DNA of 56,271 nucleotides, filler included, from Perkinsus olseni (Eukaryota): NCBI GenBank assembly GCA_013115125.1. It is 6 parts of 6 records of this genome, joined end to end, with 100 filler letters (N's around TTAATTAATTAA, not from the genome) between each part and the next. Parts side by side here need not be neighbours in the genome. Positions count along the whole stretch, not along the records: positions 18,904 to 28,238 come from JABANN010000922.1; positions 28,339 to 37,612 come from JABANN010000923.1; 4 more parts are not named here. One strand, 5' to 3'. Shown piece by piece: positions 24,599 to 35,166 of this stretch (position 1 is its first letter; each line of letters starts with the position of its first letter). The notes under the pieces were generated by a model. It saw only the letters and a program-made list of their open reading frames with translations, ran no database searches and was not told where the DNA came from. The position numbers and the translations under genes were made by a program.

Positions 24599-25708
24599 AT
24601 GATGATTACTAGGTCGTTGGGAGGCTGCCCGCTATGGTGTTGTCGTAGTACTATAAGGTATCTATCGACAAGAGCAGTTGTTCCCAATGTTGTCAATAAT
24701 ACTACATCATCAGCGACCACTCCACCTCGTATACTTATTACTGGGACTAATGGTCAACTAGGACCTGAGATGGCAGCTAACTTACGTAAAAGGTTTGGTA
24801 ATGATAATGTTATCTGTACATCAAGGACAATTGATCCAAAGGCAGAATGGGTTAGAACAGGACCATTCGAGCATCTTGATGTTCAAAACATATCCGAGTT
24901 CATTAAAGTTGCCACCAATAATGGTATAACACATCTTATACATTTTGCAGCGATGTTATCTGCTGTTAGTGAGCGTAACCCAAGACAATCTATTAATATT
25001 AATATGAGGGGTATTGAGAATGCATTAGAAGTAGCATCGAGTCTTGGCAACATACAAGTATTCATACCATCAAGTATTGGGGCATTTGGTCCAACTACAC
25101 CTAGGTTTAATACCCCTGATGTAACAATACAAAGGCCTATATATTTATATGGTATTGGTAAAGTGTATGCTGAATTGTTGGGTGATTGGTATTATAGAAA
25201 TCGTGGTGTTGATTTCCGATCATTACGTTATCCAGGTATTATAAGTTGGAAATCACCACCTGGTGGTGGTACTACAGATTGGGCTATTGAGGCATATTTT
25301 AGGGCACTAAATAACAATGGCAATGCTCATCCCCAATCGATGGCTACACCACATTATGATAACTGTTTCGTTAATGAAGATTGTATGATGCCCATGTTGT
25401 ATATTGATGATGTTATTGATGGTACAATCAAGTTCCTATTTGATACTAAGTCTGAAGATCTGAAGTCAGGTAGGACCTACAATGTATCAGGATGTTCGTT
25501 TACCCCACATCAACAATATATTAGTATAAGAAAGTTTATTAATGATTATCAATTGACATGTAGACCTGATTATAGGCAAAGTATTGCCGAATCATGGCCA
25601 GCTACATTAGATGATACCAATGCTAGAGTTGATTGGGGTTGGTCTCCAAGGTTTGATAATCTTGATGCTATAACTCATGATATGATTAAAAATATACGTG
25701 CCAACTAG
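24599..25708 (+). CDS. TDH: L-threonine 3-dehydrogenase (extended SDR), likely mitochondrial
   Basis: ILITGTNGQLG, HFAAMLSA, PSSIGAFG, YGIGK, DFRSLRYPGIIS, PGGGTTD and RQSIAESWP motifs. Confidence 0.92.
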   Translation: MMITRSLGGCPLWCCRSTIRYLSTRAVVPNVVNNTTSSATTPPRILITGTNGQLGPEMAANLRKRFGNDNVICTSRTIDPKAEWVRTGPFEHLDVQNISEFIKVATNNGITHLIHFAAMLSAVSERNPRQSININMRGIENALEVASSLGNIQVFIPSSIGAFGPTTPRFNTPDVTIQRPIYLYGIGKVYAELLGDWYYRNRGVDFRSLRYPGIISWKSPPGGGTTDWAIEAYFRALNNNGNAHPQSMATPHYDNCFVNEDCMMPMLYIDDVIDGTIKFLFDTKSEDLKSGRTYNVSGCSFTPHQQYISIRKFINDYQLTCRPDYRQSIAESWPATLDDTNARVDWGWSPRFDNLDAITHDMIKNIRAN

Positions 25709-25893
25709 ACTGCTGCTGGTAAGTGAGTTGGTGTCATCAAAGGTTTCTGTATTCACTCAGCCAAAGGAAGAAGGAGATGGTGTCATCTATCATTAATGGT
25801 GGTTATTATGGTATTATTATGATGATCACCGTGATGCCAGCTTCATACATTCCTATCAGAGTTTTATCATCACCAAAAAGAATTTTGTATAAG

Positions 25894-25931
<38 letters not shown>

Positions 25932-25999
25932 CCGTGTTTTGTTGTTGGTAGGCTACACGGTGTGTCATTGTTATCCATATCATAGCAACAGTCGGTGTT

Positions 26000-26693
26000 A
26001 TGGCTATGTCTAACCCTCCTACAACTACTACTCATCATCATACGTCCAAACACAACACGCTGAATACAGCATCTAGCATTGAAGTGAATGATAATACTAC
26101 TACTACTTCCAAGTAGTGTGGTAGTAGTACTCAGATGACGATCTATAATAGTAATGTATTACCTATTGCGACTGCTTAGATTTCGTCCACCTATGATACG
26201 GGATGTTATGAGGAATATTATTAAGGAAAGGATAGATTCAGCAGTAGTTAAATACCCACATTACGACCCTGACGGTAATATTACGATCAGTATTATTGTC
26301 GCTATCAATTGGCATGATTCATCATCATCTTAGTATATGCTGCAATATCTGACGCAATATCTAATGATATTAAGGATAGGATAGCTGATCTCAATATACC
26401 ACGATATAAGATACTAGTACAGGTACTAGGAGTACTAATGATGAAGGATAGATAGTAGTAGTAGTACTGTCATATCAGGTTATTATTGCTGAATATAATG
26501 GTCAAGGTATTAGAATATCGTCCAAGTGTCTATGGGACAATAATATGGATAATCTGGCAACTGACACCTATATTACAGTAATAATAATAAACCTAAGATC
26601 ATCATCATCATCATCATCATCATCACAATTATTATCATTATTTAGGATACGATAATGTGTGTTGGTGTAGTATACGGCACATATGTTTATTAA
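26000..26693 (+). CDS. Tctex-1-family dynein light chain, multi-exon (5' end uncertain); absent from the ORF track
   Basis: Spliced exons read FRPPMIRDVMRNII / IKDRIADLNIPRYKILVQ / VIIAEYNGQGIRISSKCLWDNNMDNLA / DTIMCVGVVYGTYVY*. Confidence 0.85.
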
Positions 26694-26878
26694 TATCATC
26701 ATCATGTTAATTATTATCATCATCATGATGCCACTTTCCTATCGATAATATTGTCGAGTGTGGGGGTTAGTCCACTTACACCACTTACAGCCCTGCGAGT
26801 ATCTGTATTATTATTACTACAGCAACAGCAACAGCAACAGAGGCTTCATCATCATCACCGTGAAGGAGTAGGAACAGT

Positions 26879-27167
26879 ATGATATGGAGATATTTCTGTT
26901 GTTGTCCTACTATGAATAAATACCCTTTATGTTATCGAAGCTGCTGCTGCTGCTGCCATCACTTAACTATTCCTCCATTTACAATCAACAACAGTAAACT
27001 AGGCAATGGACCATCAGGTTGTTCGTATCATCTTCATCATCATCATACTACTACTATTGCTGGTGTTGTACTACTACGGCGATTAGCACTGAATAATAGG
27101 AAGTACACAGGGCCGTTGCTTCCTGTTCCTACTTGTCAACTCATCAACTCTACAATAATGTCTACTG

Positions 27168-27218
<51 letters not shown>

Positions 27219-28132
27219 GAGGGTATCATCATCATCATCATTCTCCAGAACTGTATCCAGCTAAACTGAGGGAAGATGTTATAAACGCCTTTCCCTCTTT
27301 CAAAGATGATGTGTTAGCTGATGTTAACGATAGATTAACAGTATCATCATCGGATACCCTCAAGCATAGTATTATTAATTATTTTAATACCTGCATAGAC
27401 TACACAACTAAGGTAGCAACAACAACATCATCAACAACCACCACCACCACAACCACTGCCGCTGCTGCTTCATCATTATCTTAGGATGGTGGCAAACTTA
27501 ATCGTGGTACAAGTCTGGTGGCTGCTTTTGATATACTCCATGATAATAATAATGAGGATGATGATGACGGAGATGATAGAGATGTCGCACTTAAATTGGC
27601 GTGGTGTGTTGAGATATTACAGGTAGTAGTACGCACCACTATGCTGCTGCTGCTGCCCTTCTTCAAGTTGTCATCATCTCAGAGTCATTTCCTAACACTG
27701 GATGATGTAATGGATTCATCAACTACACGTAGGGGCAAACCATGCTGGTAATACCTATAATACTATATTGTATCCCTATGTTGTGGTACTAATAACAGGT
27801 ATAGAAGAAGTGATGTCGGTGTATCCAATGCTATTAATGATGGAGTATTCCTTTACTCTACTATATTCCCATTGATAAAAAGGATTGCTTCCAAAAAGGG
27901 ATGGTAATGATACTAACGATGCTGCTGCTGCTGCTGCTGCTGATGGCGTCTGATGGCGTCTGATGATGCCCATTGTTGTCATGTTGATCATCATCAGGTT
28001 GATGGATGTGATGGAGGTTTTTGCTAATATTGAACAATGTACCCTCATAGGCCAAAATCTCGATGTCAACGGCGGCGGAGCCGCACTACAGGAGAAGAAG
28101 AATAATAAAGGGGAGGAAAAAGAGATAGAACG
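26879..28132 (+). CDS. FPPS: Farnesyl/geranylgeranyl diphosphate synthase, multi-exon, 3'-truncated by the scaffold end
   Basis: GGKLNRG, AWCVEILQ / SHFLTLDDVMDSSTTRRGKPCW / Y...NAINDG and TLIGQNLD motifs. Confidence 0.9.
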
Positions 28133-28167
28133 GTAGGAATGGCTACGGTAGCTGTTTATTACTCTTC

Positions 28168-28238
<71 letters not shown>

Positions 28239-28338
28239 NNNNNNNNNNNNNNNNNNNNNNNNNNNNNNNNNNNNNNNNNNNNTTAATTAATTAANNNNNN
28301 NNNNNNNNNNNNNNNNNNNNNNNNNNNNNNNNNNNNNN
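28239..28338. other. Artificial scaffold linker
   Basis: N44-TTAATTAATTAA-N44. Confidence 0.97.
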
Positions 28339-29212
28339 TTCATGTTTCCCATGAAGTCTCAGGAGGTGTAGTGTTGCCACCCCAGTGTCGAGAGAGGGCT
28401 CGATAGTCAGTCTCCGCTATAAATGTAATGATTTTGTTGATTCTGATCTAGTTATGGTCACGTATTCCAGTGAGCCGATCATATTATGATACGATCAAAC
28501 AAGGATTCGTGATAAACCAGTTGATCCTTTCTTCATTTGCCTACTCATTCAAACGCCGGCAAGCGAGTCCCGTTCTCGACGGGACTCGCTTCCCTCCCGC
28601 TTCCCGAGAGGGAAGCGGGAGAGAAAATTTTTCCTTGGGCGGGACGGGAAAATCGCGAAATATCGATTTTTCCCGCTTTTTTCCCGGTTTTCTAAAAAAC
28701 GACAGAAACGCAACCACAAGTACATTTTAAGCTCAAGGTTCTTTCATTCAGTCAAGATCCATATTATCCAACGATATTCCGGCTCAGTCTTGGCCCATGA
28801 CTGGGAACTATGACAAATGAGCAGAATGAGTAATGATGTGAATAAACCCGCAACAGAATGAGTATGCGTGATACGCACGTGACTCTGTCAGCTCACGATT
28901 AGAGTACATCGCGGGAGCCCCACATGTGTGACGAATCGTCACTGACGATATTGGCTAGCCGTAGTGAGATACTACATACTATGTAGTACATAGTATCCCG
29001 GGGTCTCGTCACGCGACAATTCCAGAAAAGGCTGAAGGGATTTTCGGGCGCGCGATAAATTTCCGGGCGTGGCATTACCTGAAATTGATCAATTCTCGGT
29101 GCTCAGAAGCTCTGAGTCAGAACGTAGTTCCACCGAAGGGTCTCCGCGTGGATTCCAAGCATAGCAATTGTAGACCATAGCCGGTTGTTATACAGTTTAG
29201 CGTGCCACTCTC

Positions 29213-32044
29213 ATGACAGTCTCCGAGCAATCCTCTGCCGCCTCGAATCGTTCGACCCCCGCATCCGAATTCCCACGAATTCGTAGATTTCTGCTGGAAG
29301 AGCCCTCGACCCTCCCTCCGGGAGTTGGAAAGACTCGAGGCCCTGCTACTCCTGGAAAGGTGCAGCAAGTTATCTCTCTGGACGATGGCTCTCCATCGAA
29401 GTCCGGAAGAGTTGGACAGGCGGCATCGAGGAGAACGAAGGATACCCCTCCCGTGAAGCGCAAGCGTGTTAGAGTCGGGTCCCCAGAACTACATCCCAAG
29501 CTGAAAGTGAGGAGGGACCTGGACTTCGACACTTTCGAGATCATCGAGGTTGGGCTGAAGGCGGAAGTCTGGCGTCAGTTCCGCAAGATACGCAACCGGT
29601 CAACAAAACAGATTTATCCGGGACGAGTCTACTGCACTCAGTGCCGTACTGTGGTCAAACAAACCGATAAGAGTACGAGTAACATGAGACGTCATCGGTG
29701 CGCGGAGTCCGCCAAGGACTGTACCCCAAGTATTGCCCCATTCGTTATCGCCCCCGTCCGCATGCAAAATGATCATCAAACCAAGCTGAGTGACGCCGTG
29801 ATCGACCTCATCGCCGCAAGTACTATCCCCTTTTCGGTCGTTGAGCGTCCGGAATTCGTGAACTTGTTGCAACTTGGGGCTGACCTCTCGTTCCGTTCAA
29901 AGAAGCCGCTTGATATTGGCGCGAGCTTGCAGAGCGAGAGGACCCACCGCCGACGGGCTAAAAAAGAAAGCCAGTCTCGGATCGCGAACATTAAATGTCA
30001 TATACTGAGGCAACCGGCGCCTTATCAGGTACCGAGCCATCACTGGCCTGTTGATGTACTCATTCGCTTTCCCTGGTGCTTCAGATACTTTTCGATGCTT
30101 GGAGGACCCCTTCTGGGCAAGAGGTTATGGCTGTGCAAATCTTATTGTGGGGAGCCACCCTCAAGAGTCCAGTAGCACCGAGGCGAGCGTCATTCCCTGT
30201 GTTGGTATCATTGAAGCCAATGGAGGATGGAACAGCCGAGAGCATAGGAAGCGCAATTAAGGAAGTAAGAAAATGATGAGTGGCCTTCACAGCTTCTCAG
30301 AGAAGCCTTCTTTTTTCAGACATGCCTGGAATTCGGGTTGGATTGCACAACAACTATTTGCGTAAGCGATTCCTGCCAGTCCAACATTCGTGCTCTCGAA
30401 GACTTGGGGTTCCCAAGCACGGGGTGTCTCTGCCATATCTTGGCGCTTGTCACCGACTCGATCTTGCTTCCTGCCGATTCGAAGTCAAAGAAGGGGAATG
30501 ACAATGAAGATCCGGACCAAAGCTTCATGTGGCGCCCGGCTTCAAGTCTATTGCGAGCCGATCCGGCCGAGAACTCTGAGTCGACCGTTGCCGGGCTTGT
30601 CATGGGCGTTTCGAGACTGGCGACCTATTTCAAAAGAGCAAAGTTGAATCCCCTTCTTGCCGAGAAAAAACTGAGGAAGTAATGCTATCTTAGAGTTAAA
30701 ATTGCCTGTGACTTGTCTACGACCGTTGTCTCTCAGGCTGAAACCTAGAGGGGGCGTGAAGTGGAACAGCATCCACATAATGCTGGAGACTCTCGTGGCT
30801 TCGTGGGAAGGAGTTGAGCAGATTCTGGTTTCCAAAGGCAAAGCAAGGTAGTAGCCTCGGCGTGAGGTCTTCGAACGTCAAGGCATTTCGTCCTTGGCAT
30901 TCCTTCTAAACATTGTCGCTCAGCTGCAAGTTCCTGTGGAAGCTCTAACTTAGGTTCTTCGAGGGTGTGCTGAGCCGCCACGACGAGATTACCCAGCTTT
31001 TGAGCTTGCTGGAACCATTCCGAGTCGCAACCCACATTCTCGAGTCGTTGGACAGCGGGAGTGCTATGAGAGGAATTCTGTAGTATCAACATAAACCTCA
31101 ATCTCCCGCGATCGTTCATCCAATTGAATCATGTTATTTCGACGAACTTCCGAGTACATCTTTCTATTAGAAAGTTTCTAACCTTAGTGCCATAGAAGAT
31201 TGCTGGAAATCGCTGCAGAAGAATCTCACGGCCGAAAAGGCTATGATTAGAAGAGCCAGGGAGCAAATGAAGGGAACTTTTAGGAAGAAGGTCGGTTGTC
31301 TTGATATTTGACCTCAGCGCGGGGCACCGTTACTTATCATTCTCGTCACTTCAGTTCATATCAAGGCTGACACCGGACATGATATTCCCGGTGGCTATGG
31401 CACCACGGGCGAGGTTCCCGGCAGTCTGTAGGCTTGGAATAGTCACCGAGTTTCCGAGTTGCGACTGCACAGATCCAGAACTATTATCTGTGGACAACAT
31501 CAAAGCTCAACTTGTTGAATGGTGCATCGTCGCTGCCACTCCAACGGAACAACTTGCTAGAAACGGCCCAGCGTGTGAAGAGGATGATGACTTGAGAAGC
31601 AGCGCGTCTCATCGTGAGCGTGAGGCATGCGAGGACGAGCCCGTGATCGTGAACGAGGACAGTCTCCTGGGCCAGTATGCTGCGGACCTCCCGGACGTTC
31701 CGCCGAGAGGCAACACTTCGAAGTCGGGCGCCCTGGCCTTCGATGATCACCTTGCCTTCGTGCGCTCACAAGTTGAGCAAGAAGTCGAAAGATACTCGTC
31801 GCTACCGGCTGAGCACATCGGCTACGATGAGTTCTGGAAGTCTGCTACGACCCGGCAAGAATATCGCTACCTATCAGCTATATCTGATCAATGCAAGGCC
31901 TTGGTCCTATCGACTAGTTGTACTGAGGGTTTATTCTCTGCTGCTAGAGCCGTCATAGGTGATAGGCGGCAGAACATGACTTGCTCTCTACTAGAATCGC
32001 TCATGGTACTACGCAGCGCACGGTGTGTGCCTAGGGCTTCATAG
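29213..32044 (+). CDS. hAT transposase, multi-exon, apparently intact
   Basis: BED finger (VWRQF...CTQC...TSNMRRHRC), PFSVVERPEF, catalytic-type D (FDAW), D (VSDSCQSN), CLCHIL, KWNS and E (STSCTEGLFS), plus the dimerisation domain. Exons join in frame across GT-AG introns. Confidence 0.92.
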
Positions 32045-32482
32045 TAGTCACTGACTACTAGTCAGAGTCTGACTTGTTATAGATTCTGACTCTCAGTCCA
32101 TTGTTTCATACACTGTGTAGCAGGCTCCTCCAGACCTGTGTGTCACACGTTGGGAATCCCAACTCACGACGAGCCCTTAATTTATTTTACTTTCAGCACG
32201 CTAAGAGCGATATTATCAGATAACAAATGCTATCCCGAATGCATGATGGTCCTAGCCTAGTCCTCTCAGAAATCCATGGCTTTGCGTTGAGAGCTGAGAG
32301 TCCTAGCGACAACGATAATTGAGTCCTACGACTATCGAACACAACGCAACAACACTGCGCACGCAAAAGATTAACCATGCAAAGTCAGGGATTGATCTAG
32401 AGAACACTACGGATGTGTCAAAGACGAATGTGCGTCAGCTAACCGTCACAGCGATGAGCCATGGGCTAGTAAATCTGCTCAT

Positions 32483-33563
32483 TCAGACCGAGGAACGGCA
32501 AACTCGCCCGTGCTCTAGAAACCATTTCTCGAAATCAGGGCCCAAGTCGTTCGCCACTTTAGCGGCAGCGTGAAGACCCGTCTCGCGAACAGCGAGGCCA
32601 TAGGGAGGATCCCTTTGAGTACCTGCCCTTAACAACGCTACCCAGCGACGTAGCACCTCGCAGCAGTGTGAATTGGAGAGGTTCCGCAAGATTTTACGCT
32701 CTGTCACGTCCGTAGTGGCCCCTAGAACCGTAACCAGCTGCTCAAGTAAGTTAAAGAGCCTTTTCTTCTCGGGAGCGCGAGCCTTCGGCTTCGGGCCACA
32801 ACGGTGTTTGGCCTTGGAAAGCTCTGCCTCGCAAGCGCTTGACGAAACGTGCTGCACAGGTGACGGAGGCAACGAGGGTGTCTTGGCCCGACGGTAGTGA
32901 AGGGCAGGACTTTCCCCTGCCGAAACCAGGTCGCCTGAAGCGAACAATGGGAGAAAGCCAGGGAAAGCAACGAGAATCAAGGGAGTACTACAGGGCGGCA
33001 TCGGCTGACCCGCAGGAATGAACTTAAGGTGCACGTACTTCGAACGTATGAAGCGCTCGAGAGCAGGCGTACCTTTGAGGGAAGGCAGAGAGAGAGGCGC
33101 CGGCTGATTACAGTACCCTGCGAAGGCGATGGCCTCGAAAAGCAAGGAGGAAGATTGTGCTCGTAGTAGGAATTGGCCACAGCATTGCCAACATCGGCCA
33201 TCAAGGAGAGCCAGCTACAAAGGACAAGACATCCGGCGAGTAGGAATGCGCGGAACGGAAGAGCTGTGAGGCGCGGGCTCACCATGGTCCCCAGGCGTCC
33301 AGAGTAACGCTTTTGACGAGAGACGTTCTCATCCCGAGAGCCGAGTGCACCAGTCCGCAGGCATAACAGACGAACACACCCACATTAACGACGGCCCATC
33401 TAGGAGTTGGGGAGCCGCAATCTGACGAAAGGGAGGGGATCCTCACGAGGGGAGCGGCATATGACAGAAGCTAGAGAGTACCAGCACAGAAGTGATTATC
33501 AGGCCTTGCAAGCAGGTCGTCGAGTCGGCGGGAATCAGCAATGGAGGGGCCGCGGAAGGGCAT
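32483..33563 (-). CDS. ArfGAP-domain protein, multi-exon, carried inside the hAT element
   Basis: Exons 33563-33482, 33421-33283 and onward splice to RPDNHFCADCGSPTPRWAVVNVGVFVCYACGLVHSALGMRTSLVKSVTLDAW...VGNAVANSYYE...LERFIRSKYV. Confidence 0.9.
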
Positions 33564-33724
33564 GCGGTGATCGGAAAAGCGCTAGCGAGCCCCGGTAACC
33601 ACGGCGCGTGGATCAGTACTACTGACTCAGTAGACGTCATTCTGCTCCTTAAGGACGCAAAGCTTTGTCTGCCGAGGTCCCCCTCCTTCGAAGTTACGTC
33701 CGAAAGCGTCTTCACATCAACCGG

Positions 33725-34750
33725 CGGTTGACAACCGCACAGAGCGCAACGGTACTGCGCACGGCGTGCACTGCACGCCACACGAGACGTGGCCCACGAC
33801 GCCACAGCAAAGACAAGCAAAATCAGGTATGGTCTTGACGACGTTTGAGAGATGTATACGACAAATACTCGTGCGATTGTGCTTCAGCTAACCGCCGCGA
33901 AAGTCGAAATCCCTGTGAGTTCATGTAGACCTCACAAGGTAGAACCACAACCGCACAGAACGCAATACTGCGCAGGCGCCACAGGGAAAGATCACGCAAA
34001 ATCAGGTATGCTCTGGACGACGCTGCAGGGGCGTGAACGATAATTTCTAGTGGGATTTTGTTTCATCTAAGCGCCGCGAGAGTCGAAATCCCTGTGATTA
34101 CATACAGGCCTCACAGAGTAGAACGGCAACCGCACAGAACGCAATACTGCGGACGCGCCACAGCGAGAAACCACGCAAAATCAGGTACGGTCTGGACGAC
34201 GCTGTAGAGGCGTGAATGACAATTTCTCGTGAGATTTTGCTTCACCATACCGTCGCGAGAGTCGAAATCCCTGTGACTACATACAGGCCTCACAGGGTGG
34301 AACGACAACCGCACAGAACGCAATACNNNNNNNNNNNNNNNNNNNNNNNNNNNNNNNNNNNNNNNNNNNNNNNNNNNNNNNNNNNNNNNNNNNNNNNNNN
34401 NNNNNNNNNNNNNNNNNNNNNNNNNNTTCGTGGGATTTTGCTTCATCTTACCGCCGCGAGAGTCGAAATCCCTGTGACTACATACAGGCCTCACAGGGTG
34501 GAACGACAACCGCACAGAACGCAATACTGCGCACGCGTCACAGCGGGAAACCACGCAAAATAAGGTATGGTCTGGACGACGATGCAGGGGAGTAAACGAC
34601 AATTTTTCGTGGGATTTCGCTTCATCTTACCTCCGCGAGAGTCGAAATCCCTGTGACTACATACAGGCCTCACAGGGTAGAACGACAACCGCACAGAACG
34701 CAGCGATGAACCATGCAAAATCACGGACGACCCGGAGGTCTGGACGACGC
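33725..34750. repeat. 179-bp tandem repeat array inside the hAT element, with an internal 100-N gap at 34327-34426
   Basis: CCGCACAGAACGCAATAC recurs at 33951, 34130 and 34309 (period 179) and again after the gap. Edge copies are diverged. Confidence 0.92.
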
Positions 34751-35166
34751 TCTAGAATATCGGGATAAAATAGCATTATATCCGCGATTCAAAGCTCCTC
34801 CGCGTTGCGTTTCTCCCGAAGTCGATTCAGCGCAGCGAGAAGTGCGGGACTCGGGCGGGACTCGCTCTCCCGCCACGGGACGGGAGCGAGAGGGAAAACC
34901 TTCAGAAGATCCAAAACGGGAGTTTCGCACTTTTCCCGTCCCGCTCATTTGCCGGTGTTTGTACTCATTACCAGACTTATTGAGATATAGCGGAGGATCG
35001 AGGACCCACAAGATTACAAGATATCTCTGTGACGCGACCAATCCTTATTCGTGATGTTTACTATGAAGTCCGTATTTTCCGTATCGCTTTGTTAATCATA
35101 CGTTGTGATACTCACGTACTTCAGGGGTTCTTGATCTTTGGTCTATTCCGTCACTATCGCTCCTAT

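Larger units (their letters stand above)
28550..34961 (+). mobile_element. Complete hAT-superfamily DNA transposon (>=6.4 kb) with cargo
   Basis: TIRs CAAACGCCGGCAA / TTGCCGGTGTTTG (12/13 match). 8-bp TSD TACTCATT at 28542-28549 and 34962-34969. CGGGA/TCCCG subterminal motifs are clustered at both ends. Confidence 0.95.

Noticed and set aside
35028-35145. Possible short 5' LTR (TGTGAC...CA) before the gag at 35167
   Set aside because: The partner LTR lies beyond the scaffold end, so it cannot be verified.
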